Part shown: one piece after another, positions 44,301 through 58,500 of the stretch | Layout of the letters: each line of letters opens with the position of its first letter | Position numbering within the stretch: position 1 is the stretch's first letter | Assembly (NCBI RefSeq): GCF_009914755.1 | Contig: NC_060944.1 | From: the human T2T-CHM13v2.0 reference genome, Homo sapiens | Direction: 5' to 3' (one strand) | Length of the DNA stretch: 64,000 bases | Notes under the pieces: generated by a model | What the model was told of the DNA's origin: nothing | Databases searched by the model: none | Seen by the model: only the letters and a program-made list of their open reading frames with translations | Made by a program: the position numbers and the translations under genes

Positions 44301-47300
44301 ATTAAACCTTTCCTTTGATACAGCACTTTTGGAACACTCTTGTTGTAAAATTTACAAGTAGATATTAGGACATCATTGAGGATTTCGTTGGAAACGGGAA
44401 TATCTTCACATAAAACTAGACAGACGCATTCTTAGAGACTTCTTTGTGATGTCTGCATTCAACTCACAGAGTTGAAACTTTCTTTTGATAGAGCAGATAG
44501 GAAACCCTCTTTTTGCCTAATTTGCAAGTGGGTATTTAGACAGCTTTGAGGCCTTTGCTGGAAACGGGTATATCTTCACATAGAAAATAGACAGAAGCAT
44601 TCTCAGAAACTTCTTTGTGATGCTTGCATTCAACTCACAGAGCTGAACACTCCTTTTCATAGAGCAGTTTTGAAACACTCTTTTTGAAGAATCTGGAAGT
44701 GGAAATTTGGAGCGTTTTGAGGCCTATGGTGAAAAAGGAAATATCTTCCCATAAAAACTAGACAGAAGAATTCTCAGAAACTACTTTGTGATGTGTGTAC
44801 TCAACTCACAGCGTTGAATCTTTCTTTTGATACAGCAGTGTTGAAACACTCTTTTTGTAGAATCTGCAAATCGATATTTTGATAGCTTTGAGGTTTTTGC
44901 TGGAAACGTGAATATCTTCACAAAAAACTGGACACAAGCATTCTCAGAAACTTGTTTGTGAGGCTTGCATTCAACTCACAGAGTTAAACATTCCTTTTCA
45001 TAGTCTAGTTTTGAAACACTCTTTTTGTAGAATCTGCAAGTGGACATTTGGAGCGATTTGAGACCTATAGTGAAAAAGGAAATATCTTCACATAAAAACT
45101 AGACAGAAGCATTCTCAGAAACTGCTTTGTGATGTGTGTACTCAACTCACAGAGTTGAACCTTACTTTTGATACAGCAGTTTTGAAAAACTTTTTTTGTA
45201 GAGTCTGCAAGTGGATATTTGGATAGCTTTGAGGCTTTCATTGGAAACGGGAATATCATCACAAAACAACTAGACAAAATCATTCTCAGAAACTTCTTTG
45301 TGATGTTTGCATTCAATTCACAGAGTTGAACATTCCTTTTCATAGAGCTCTATTGAAACACTCTTTTTGTAAAATCTGCTAGTGGACATTAGGAGCTATT
45401 TGAGACCAATGGTAAAAAAGGAAATATCTTCACATAAAAAGTAGACAGAAGCATTCTCAGAAACTACTTTGCGATGTGTGTACTAAACTCAAAGAGTTAA
45501 ACCTTTCCTTTGATACAGCAGTTTTGAAACACTCTTTTTGTTGAATTTACAAGTGGATATTGGAGAGCATTGAGGATTTCGTTAGAAACGGGAATATCTT
45601 CACATAAAACTAGACAGAAGCATTCTCAGACACTTATTTGGATGTCTGCAATGATCTCACAGACATTCTCAGACACTTCCTTGTGATGTGTGCATTGAAC
45701 TCACAGAGTTGAAACTTTCTTTTGATAGAGCATATTTGAAACACTCTTTTTGTAGAATTTGCAAGAGGATATTTGGACAGATTTGGGGCCTTCGCTGTAA
45801 AAGGGTATACCTTCACATAAAAACTAGACAGAAGCATTCTCAGAAACTTCTTTGTGATGTGTGTACTCAACTCACAGAGATGAACCTTTCTTTTGATAGA
45901 GCAGTTTTGAAAAACTCTTTTTGAAGGATCTGCAAGTGGCTATTTGGATAGCTTTGAGGATTTCGTTGGAAACGGGAATATCTTCACATAAAAACTAGAC
46001 AGAAGCATTCTCAGAAGCTTCTTTGTGAAGTTTGCATTCACCTCACAGAGTTGAACACTCCCTTTCATTGAGCAGTTTTGTAACCCTCTTTTTGTAGTAT
46101 CTGGAAGTGAACATTTGGAGGGCTTTGAGGTCTACGGTGAAAAAGGGAACATCTTCACATAAAAACTAGACAGAAGCATTCTCAGAAACTACTTTGTGAT
46201 GTGTGTACTCAATTCCCACAGTTGAATCTTTGTTTTGATAGAGCAGTTTTGAAACACTCTTTTTGTAGAATCTGCAAGTGGATATTTGGATACCTTTGAG
46301 TCTTTCGTTGGAAACGTGAATATCTTCACATATAAACAGTACACAACCATTCTCAGAAACTTCTTTGTGATGTTTGCATACAACTCACAGAGTTGAACAT
46401 TCCTTTTCATAGAGCAGATTTGAAACACTCTTTTTGTAGAATCTGCACGAGGACATTTGGAGCGATTGGAGACCTATAGTGAAAAAGGAAATATCTTCAC
46501 ATAAAAACTAAACAGAAGCATTCTCAGAAACTTCTTTGAGATGTGTGTACTCAACTCACAGAGTTGAAACTTTCTTTTGATACAGCAGTTTTGAAACAGT
46601 CTTTTTGTGGAATCTGCATGTGGATATTTGGATAGATATGAGGCTTTCTTTGGAAAAGGGACTATCATCACAAAAAAACTAGACAGAAGCATTCTCAGAA
46701 AGTTCTTTGGGATATTTGCATTCAACTCACAGAGTTGAACATTCCTTTCCTGAGAGTAGTATTGAAACACTCTTTTTGTAGAATCTGCAAGTGGACATTT
46801 GGAGCGATTTGAGACCTATGGTGAAAAAGGAAATATCTTCACATAAAAAGTAGACAGAAGCATTCTCAGAAACTGCTTTTTGATGTGTGCACTAAACTCA
46901 ATGAGTTAAACTTTCCTTTGATACAGCAGTTTTGAAACACTCTTCTTGTAGAATTTATAAGTGGATATTAGGAGAGCATTGAGGATTTCATTGGAAATGG
47001 GATTATCTTCACATAAAACTAGACAGAAGCATTCCATGAAATTTCTTTGTGATGTGTGTACTCAACTTACAGAGTTGAAACTTTCTCTTGATACATTAGT
47101 TTAGAAACACTCTTTTTGTAGAATCTGCAAGTGGATATTTGGATAGCTTTGAGGCTTTCGTTGGAAACGGGAATATCTTCACATAAAAACTAGACAGAAG
47201 GATTCTCAGAAACTTCTTTCTGATGCCTCCATTCAACTCACAGTGTTGAACTTTCCTTTTCATGGAGCAGTTTTGAAACAACCTTTTTGTAGAATCTGTA

Positions 47301-48230
47301 AGTGGAAACTTGGAGCGCTTTGAGGCCTGTGGTGAAAAAGGAAATATCTTCCTATAAAAACTAGACAGAAGAATTCTCAGAAACTTCTTTGTGATGTGTG
47401 TACTCAACTCACAGAGTTGTACTTTTCTTTTGATAGAGCAGTTTTGAAACACTCTTTTTGCAGTGTCTGCAAGTGGATATTTTGTTAGCTTTGAAGATTA
47501 CATTGGAAACGGGAATATCTTTACATATAAACTAGACAGAAGCATTCTCAGAAACTTCTTTGTGATGTTTGCATTCACCTCACGGAGTTGAACATTCCCT
47601 TTCATAGAGCAGTTTTGAAAAACTCTTTTTGCAGTATCTGGAAGTGGACATTTTGAACGCTTTGAGACCTATGGTGAAAAAGGAAATATCTTCACATAAA
47701 AACTAGACGGAAGCATTCTGAGAAACTACTTTGTGATGTGTGTACTCAATTCATGTAGTTGAACCTTTGTTTTGATAAAGCAGTTTTGAAGCACTCTTTT
47801 TGTAGAATCTGCATGTGGATATTTGGATAGATTTGAGGTTTTCGTTGGAAACGGGAATATCTTCACATAAAAACTAGACAGAAGGATTCTCAGAAACTTT
47901 TTTGTGATGTTTGCATTCAACTCACAGAGTTGAACATTCCTTTTCATAGCAGTTTTGAAACACTCTTTTTGTAGATCTGTAAGTGGAAAATTGGAGCTCT
48001 TTGAGGCCTGTGGTGAAAAAGGAAATATCTTCACATAAAAACTAGACAGAAACATTCTCAGAAGTTTCTTTGTGATGTGTGTACTCAACTAACAGATTTG
48101 AAACTTTCTTTTGATACAGCAGTTTTGAAACACTCTTTTTGTTGAATCTGTAAGTGGATATTTGGATAGCTTTGAGGCTTTCGTTGGAAACGGGAATACC
48201 TTCACTTAAAAACTAGAGAGAAGCATTCTC
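44300..48230 (+). repeat. Alpha satellite layer 4 (left part)
   Basis: Signatures CATTGAGGATTTC, GAGCGATTTGAGACCTA, GATGCTTGCATTC, CTTCCCATAAAA and TGTAAGTGGAAACTTGG. Confidence 0.85.
45961..45977 (+). promoter_or_regulatory. CENP-B box (representative intact copy, layers 2-4)
   Basis: TTTCGTTGGAAACGGGA. Many more intact cores lie between 30 and 64 kb (e.g. near 30735, 33298, 38408, 44383, 55768, 60011 and 63939). Confidence 0.9.
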
Positions 48231-51200
48231 AGAAAGTACCTTGTGATGTTTGCATTCAACTCAAAGAGTTCAACATTCCTCTTGATAGAGCAGTTTGGAA
48301 ACGCTCTTTTTGTATTATCTGCAGGTGGATATTTGGACCTCTTAGAGGCATTCTTTGAAACGGGTTTTCTTCATATAAACAAGACAGAAGAATTCTCAGA
48401 ATCTACTTTGTGATGTGTGCTTTCAACTCACGGAGTTTAATCTTCCTTTCGATAGAGCAGTTTAGAAACACTCTTTTTGTGGAATTTGCAAGTGTACATT
48501 TATAGTGCTTTGAGGCCTATGTTAGAAAAGGAAATATATTCACATAAAAACTGGACAGAAGCATTCTCAGACACTAATTCGTGATGTTTGCATTCAACTC
48601 ACTGATTTGTCCATTCCTCTTAATAAAGTAGTTTTGAAATACTCTTTTTGTACAATCTGCAAGTGGATATTTGGACTTCTTTGAGGCTATCGTTGGAAAT
48701 GGGATTTCTTCATATAAAACTAGACAGAAGAATTCGCAGAAACTTCTTTGTGAAGTGAGCATTCATCTCGCAGATATGAACCTTCCTTTCGATAGAGCAG
48801 TTTTGAAACACTCTTTTTGTTGAATTTCCAAATGGATATTTAGAGCATTTTGAGGTCTGTGGTAGTAAAGGAAATATCTTCATAGAAAAACTAGACAGAA
48901 TTTTTCTGAGAAACTGCTTTTTGATGTGTGGGTTCAACTCATAGAGTTTAACCTTTCTTCTGATAGAGTAGTTTTGAAACAATCTTTTTGTAGAATTTCC
49001 AAGTGGATATTTAGAGCGTTTGGAGGCCTATGGTAGAAAAGGAAATATCTTCATAGAAAAACTAAACAGAATCATTCTCAGAAACTACTTTGTGATTTGT
49101 GTGTTGAACTCACAGAGTTTAACATTTCTTTTGATAGAGCAGTTCTGAAACACAGTTTTTGTAGTATTTGCAAGTGCATATTTAGAGTGCTTTGAGGCCA
49201 ATGGTAGAACAGGAAATACATTCACATGAAAACTAGACAGAAGCATTCTCAGAAACTACTTTGTGATGTTTGTATTCAACTTACAAAGTTGAACGTTCCT
49301 CTTGACAGAGCAGTTTTGAAACACTCGTTTTGTAGATTCTGCAAGTGGATATTTGGACCCCTTTAAGGCCTTCATTGGAAACGGGATTTCTTCATATAAA
49401 ACTAGACAGAAGAATTCTCAGAAACTCTTTTGGAATGTGTGCGTTCAACTCACAGAGTTTAAACTTTCTATTGATAGAGGAGTTCTGAAACACTCTTTTT
49501 GTAGAATTTGCAAGTGTATATTTACAGCGCTTTGAGGCCTATTGTAAAAAAGGAAATATCGTCACATAAAAACTAGACAGAAGCATTCTCAGAAACTACT
49601 TTGTGATGTTTGCATTCAACTCCCAGAGCTGAACATTCCTCTTGATAGAGCAGTTTTGAAACACTCTTTTTGTAGAACATGGAAGTGGAAATTTGGACAT
49701 CTTTGAGGCCTTCGTTGGAAATGGGATTTCTTCATATAAAATTAGACAGAAGAATTCTCAGAAACTTCTCTGTGATGTGTGCTTTCAACTCACAGAGTTG
49801 AACCTTCCTTTCGATAGAGCAGTTTTGAAACACTCGTTTTGTAGAATTTCCAAGTGGATATTTAGATCGGCTTGAGGCCTATGTTAGAAAAGTAAATATC
49901 TTCATATAAAAACTAGACAGAATGATTCTCAGAGACTACTTTATGATGTGTGCGTTCAACTCACAGAGTTTAACCTTTCTTTTGATAGAGCAGTTTTGAA
50001 ACTCTCTTTTGTAGAATTTGCAAGTGTATATTTAGAGTGCTTTGAGGCCTATGTAAGAAAAGGATTTATCTTCACATAAAAAACAGACAGAAGCATTGTC
50101 AGAAAGTATTTTGTGATGTTTGCATTCAACTCACAGAGTTGAACATTCCTCTTGATAGAGCACTTTTGAAACACTCTTTTTGTGGAATCTGCAAGTGAAT
50201 ATTTGGACTTTTTTGAGGCCTTCATTGGAAACGGGCTTTCTTCACATAAAACTTGACAGAAGAATTCTCAGAAACTTCTTTGTGATGTGTGCATTCAACT
50301 CACAGAGTTTAACATTTATTTTGATGGAGTAGATTTGGAACACTCTTTTTGTAGAATTTGCAAGGGTATATTTAGAGTGCTTTGAGGCCTATGGAAGAAA
50401 AGGATATATCTTCACATAAAAACCAGACAGAAGCATTCTCAGAAACTATTTTGTGATGTTTGCATTCAACTCACAGAGTTTAATATTTCTTTTGGTAGAG
50501 CAGTTTTGAATCACAGTTTTTGTAGTATTTGCAAGTGCATATTTAGAGTGCTTTGAGGCCTATGGTAGAAGAGGAAATATCTTCACATAAAAACTAGACA
50601 GAAGAATTGTCAGAAACTACTTTGTGATGTTTGCATTCCACTAACAGATTTAAACATTCCTCTTGATAGAGCAGTTTTGAAACACTTTATTTGTAGAATC
50701 TGCATGTGAATATTTGAAACTTTTTGAGGCATTCGTTGGAAACGGGATTTCTTCATAGAAAAGAAGACAGAAGAATTCTAAGAAACATTTTGTGATGTGT
50801 GCATTCAACTCACAGTGTTGAAACTTCCTTTCAATGGAGCATTTTTGAAACACTCTTTTTGTAGAATTTCCAAATTAATATTTAGAGTGCTTGGAGGCCT
50901 ATGGTAGAAAAGTAAATATCTTCATAGAAAAACTGGAGAGAATCATTCTCATTATCTACTTTGTGGTGTGTGCTTTCAACTCTCAGAGTTTAACATTTCT
51001 TTTGATAGAGCAGTTTTGAGACGCTCTTTTTGTAGAATTTGCAAGTGTGTATTTAGAGGGCTTTTAGGCCTAGGGTAGAAAAGGAAATATCTTCATATAA
51101 ACACAAGACAGAAGCATTCTCAGAAACTATTTTGTGGTGTGTGCCCTCTACTAACAGAGTTGAACATTCCTCTTGATAGAGCAGTTTTGAAACACTCTTT

Positions 51201-53129
51201 TTGTAGAATCTGCAAGTTGATATTTTGGCCTCTTTGAGGCGTTCATTGGAAACGGGATTTCTTCATATAAAACTAGACAGAAGAATTCTCAGAAACTATT
51301 TTGTGATCTGTGCGTTTAACTCACGGAGTTTAACCTTTCTTTTGATAGAGCAGTTTTGAAACACTCTTTTTGTAGTGATTGCAAGTGTATATATAGAGAG
51401 CTTTGAAGCCTATGTTAGAAAAGGAAATATCTTCACATAAAAACCAGACAGAACCATTCTCAGAAACTACTTTGTGATGTTTGCATTCAACTCACAGAGT
51501 TGAACATTCCCCTTGATAGAGCAGTTTTGAAACTCTATTTTGAATTATCTGCAAGTGGATATTTGGACCTCTTTGAGGCCTTCGTTGGAAACGAGATTTC
51601 TTCATATAAAACTAAACAGAAGAATTCTCAGAAACGTCTTCATGATATGTGCGTTCAACTCACAAAGTTTAACCTTTCTTTTGATAGAGCAGTTTTGAAA
51701 CACTCTTTTTGTAGGATTTGCAAGTGTATATTTAGAGTGCTTTGAGGCCAATGGTAGAAAAGGAAATATCATCACATAAAAACTAGACAGAAGCATTCTC
51801 CGAAGCTAATTCGTGATATTTGCATTCAACTCATAGAGTTGAACATTCTTCTTGATAGAGCAGTTTTGAAACACTCTTTTTGTAGAATTTGCAAGTGTAT
51901 GTTTAGAATGCTTTTAGGTCTATGGTAGAAAAGGGTATATCTTCATAAAAATACTAGACAGAATAATTCTCAGAAACTATTTTGTGATGTGTGCGTTCAG
52001 CTTACAGAGGAGTTTAAAGTTTCTTTTGATAGAGCAGTTTTGAAACACTCTTTGTGGAATTTGCAAGTGTGTATTTAGAGCGCTTTGAGGAATATGGTAG
52101 AAAAGGAAATATCTTCACATAAAAACTAGACAGAAGGATTGTCAGAAACTACTTTCTGATATTTGCATTCAACTCATAGAGTTGAACATTCTTCTTGGTA
52201 GAGCAGTTTTGAAACACTCTTTTTGTAGAATCTGCAAGTGGATGGTTGGACCTTTTTGAGGCCTTCATTGGAAACGGGATTTCTTCATATAAAACTAGAT
52301 AGAAGAATTCTCAGAAACTTCTTTGTGATGTGTGCATTCAACTCACAGAGTTGAACATTCCTTTCAATAGAGCAGTTTTGAAACACTCTTTTTGTGGAAT
52401 TTCCAAGTGGATATTTAGAGCGGTTTGAGGCCTATGGTTGAAAAGTAAATATCTTCATATAAAAACTAGACAGAATGATTCTCAGAAACTACTTTGTGAT
52501 GTGGGCGTTCAACTCACAGAGTTTAACCTTTCTTTTGATAGAGCAGTTTTGAAACACTCTTTTTGTAGAATTTGCAAGTTTTTATTTAGAGTGCTTTGGG
52601 ACCTATGGTTGGAAAGGAAATTTCTTCACATAAAAACTAGACAGAAGCATTCTCAGAAACTATTTTGTGATGTTTGCATTCAACTCACAAAGTTGAACAT
52701 TCCTCTTGATAGAGCAGTTTTGAAACACTCTTTTTGTAGAATCTGCAAGTGGATATTTGGACCTCTTTGAGGCCTTCTTTGGAAACGGGATTTCTTCATA
52801 TAAAACTAGACAGAAGAATTCTCAGAAACTTCTTTGTGATGTGTGCATTGAACTCACAGAGATGAAACTTCCTTTCGATAGAGCAGTTTTGAAACACTGT
52901 TTTTGAAGAAGTTCCAAGTGTATATTTAGAGCTCTTTGAGGCCTATGGTAGAAAAGGAAATATCTTCATAGAAAAACTAGACAGAATCATTCTCAGAAAC
53001 TACTTTGTGACGTGTGCGTTCAAATCGCGGAGCTTAACATTTCCTTTGATACAGCAGTTTGAAACACTCTTTTTGTAGAATTTGCAAGTGTTTACTTAGA
53101 GTGCTTTGGGGCCTATGGTTTTTTTTTTT

Positions 53130-53302
53130 CATTCATTCCAAATTGCTTTATTTTGTGATTAAAGTAGATAATATAGCTGTAAGTCTGTTCAGGATCACAG
53201 TCATAACTATCTTTTTTTTGCCTATATATGGGCACACATTTGTACAGCTGTGTATGTGATTCACTTATATATATTGCCTTCCTTGGTGACATTGCAAGGA
53301 TC
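53130..53302 (-). other. L1 3'-transduced flanking DNA (173 bp)
   Basis: Neither alpha satellite nor recognisable L1. Lies between two poly(A) tracts and inside the TSD. Confidence 0.9.
53147..53152 (-). terminator. Polyadenylation signal AATAAA used by the read-through L1 transcript
   Basis: TTTATT on the + strand, 17 nt from the outer poly(A), which is canonical spacing. Confidence 0.85.
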
Positions 53303-53519
53303 TTTTTTTTTATTATTATACTTTAAGTTTTAGGGTACATGTGCACATTATGCAGGTTAGTTACATATGTATACATGTGCCATGCTGGTGCGCTGCACCC
53401 ACTAAGTCATCATCTAGCATTAGGTATATCTCCCGATGCTATCCCTCCCCCCTACACCCACCCCACAACAGTCCCCAGAGTTTGATATTCCCCTTCCTGT
53501 GTCCATGTGATCTCATTTT

Positions 53520-55421
<1,902 letters not shown>

Positions 55422-55549
55422 GGGGCCTATGGTTGAAAGGGAAATTTCTTCACATAAAAAATAGACAGAAGCATTCTCAGAAACTATTTTGTGATATTTG
55501 CATTCAACTCACACAGTTGAAAATTCTTATTGATAGAGCAGATTTGACA

Positions 55550-58500
55550 CAATATTTTTGTAGAATCTGCAAGTGGACAATTGGAGCGATTTGGGACCTA
55601 TGGTGAAAAAGGAAATATCTTCACACAAAAAGTAGACAGAATCATTCTCAGAAACTACTTTGTGATGTGTGCACTCAACACACAGAGTTAAAACTTTCCT
55701 TTGATATAGCAGATTTGAAACACTCTTCTTGTAGAATTTACAAGTGGATATAAGGACAGCATTGAGGATTTCGTTGGAAACGGGAATATCTTCACATAAA
55801 ACTAGACAGAAGAATTCTCAGAAACTTCTTTATGATGTGTGCATTCAACTCAGAGAGTTGAAACTTTCTTTTGATAGAGCAGATTGGAAAAACTGTTTTG
55901 TACAATTTTCAAGTGGATACTTGGACAGCTTTGAGGCCTTCGCTGGAAACGGGTATATCTTCACATAAAAACTATACCAAAGCATTCTCAGAAACTTCTT
56001 TGTGATGCTTTCATTCAACTCATAGAGGGGAACATTCCTGTTCATAAAGCAGTTTTGAAACCACCTTTTTGTAGAATCTGTAAGAGGAAAATTAGAGCGC
56101 CTTGAGGCCTATGGTGAAAAAGGAAATACCTTCCCATAAAAAATAGACAGAAGAATTCTCAGAAACTACTATGTGATGTGTGTACTCAACTCACAGATTT
56201 GAACTCTTCTTTTGATAGAGCAGTTTTAAAACACTCTTTTGTAGAATTTGCAAGGGGATAATTGGATAGCTTTGAGGATTTCGTTGTAAACGGGAATATC
56301 TTCAGATAAAAACTAGACAGAAGCATTCGCAGAAAATACTTTGTGATGTTTGCATTCAACTCACAGAGCAGAATATTCCCTTTCATGGAGCAGTTTTGAA
56401 ACACTCTTTTTGAAGTAACTGGAAGTGGACATTTGGAGCGCTTTCACACCTATGGTGAAAAAGGAAATATTTTCATATAAAACTAGAGAAAAGTATTATC
56501 AGAAACTTCTTTGTGATGTGTGTACTCAACTCACAGAGTTGAACATTTCTTTTGATGCAGCAGTTTTGAAACACTCTTTTTGTAGAATCTGCAAGTGGAT
56601 ATATGGAGAGCTTAGAGGCTTTCGTTGGAAACGGAAATATCTTCATATACAATTTAGACAGAAGCATTCTCAGAAACTTCTTTGTGATGTTTGCATTCAA
56701 GTCACAGAGTTGAACATTCCCTTTCATAGAGCAGGTTGGAAACATTCTTTTTGTAGATCTGTAAGTTGAAACTTGGAGCACTTTGTGGCCTATGGTGAAA
56801 AAGGAAATATCTTCACATAAAAAGCAGACAGAAACATTCTTAGAAACTTCTTTGTGATGTTTGGATTCAACTCACAGAGTTGAACATTCCTTTTCATAGA
56901 GCAGTTTTGAAAAACTCTTTTTGCAGAATCTGCAAGTGGACGTTTGGAGTGATTTGAGACCTATGGTGAAAAAGGAAATATCTTCACACAAAAAGTACAC
57001 AGAAGCATTTTCAGAAACTACTTTGTGATGTGTTTACTCAACTCACAGAGTTAAAACTTTCCTTTGATACAGCAGTTTTGAAAAACCCTTCTCGTAGAAT
57101 TTACATGTGGATATTAAGACAGCACTGAGGATTTCGCTGGAAACGGCAATATCTTCACATAAAACTAGACAGAAGCTTTCTTAGAAAGTTCTTAGTGATG
57201 TGTGCATTCAACTTACAGAGTTGAAACTTTCTTTTGATAGAGCAGATTGGAAACACCATTTTTTAGAATTTGCAAGTGGATATTTGGAAAGCTTTGAGGC
57301 CTTGGCTGGAAACGGGTATATCTTCACATAAAAACTAGACAGAAGCATTCTCAGAAACTTCTTTGTGATGTTTGCATTGAACTCACAGAATTGAACACTC
57401 CCTTTCATAGAGCAGTTTTGAAATACTCTATTTGTAGTATTTGCAAGTGGATATTTGGATAGATTTGAGGCTTTCACTGGAAACGGAATATCTTCACATA
57501 AAAATTAGACAGAGGCATTCTCAGAAACTTCTTTGTGATGTGTATACTCAACTCACAGAGTTGAAACTTTCTTTTGATAGAGAAGACTGGAAACACTCTT
57601 TTTGTGGAATTTGCAAGTGGATATTTGGACGGCTTTGTGTACTTCGCTGGAAACGGGTATATTTTCACATAAAAACTAGACAGAAGCATTCTCAGAAACT
57701 ACCTTGTGATGCTTGCATTCAACACAGAGTTGAACATTCCTTTTCATAGAGCAGTTTTGAAACATTCTTTTTGTAGAATCTCTAATTGGAAACTTGGAGC
57801 GCTTTGAGGCCTATGGTGAAAAAGGAAATATCTTCCCGTAAAAAAGAGACAGAAGAATTCTCAAAAACTTCTCAGTGATGTGTGTACTCATCTCACTGAG
57901 TTGAATTTTTCTTTTGATAGAGCAGTTTTGAAACACTCTTTTTGTAGAATCTGCAAGTGGATATTTGGAAAACTTTGAGGCCTTCGCTGGAAACGGGAAT
58001 ATCTTCACATAAAAAGTATACGGAAGCATTACCAGAAATTTCTTAGAGATGTTTGCATTCAACTCACAGAGATGAATATTCCCTTTCACAGAGCAGTATT
58101 GAAACATTCTTTTTGTAGAATCCGTAAGTAGATATTAGGATAGATTTGAGGCTTTCATTGAAAACGGGAATATCTTCACTTAAAAACGAGACTGATGCAT
58201 ACTCAGAAACTTCTTTGTGAGGTTTGCATTCAACTCACAGATTTCAACATTCTGTTTCATAGATAAGTTTAGAAACGCTCTTTTTGTAGTATCTGGAAGT
58301 GGACATTTGGAGTGCTTTGAGGCCTATGGTGAAAAAGGAAATAGCTTCACATAAAAACTAGAAAGAAGCATTCTCAGAAACTTCTATGTTATGCTTCCAT
58401 TCAATTCAAAGAGTTGAACATTCCTTTTCATAGAGCACTTTTGAAACACTCTTTTTGAAAAATCTGTAAGTGGAATCTTGGAGCGATTTGAGGCCTATGC

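Noticed and set aside
53059-53259. 66-aa ORF crossing the transduced segment
   Set aside because: A chance chimera of satellite, poly(T) and the antisense transduced DNA, with no coding evidence.
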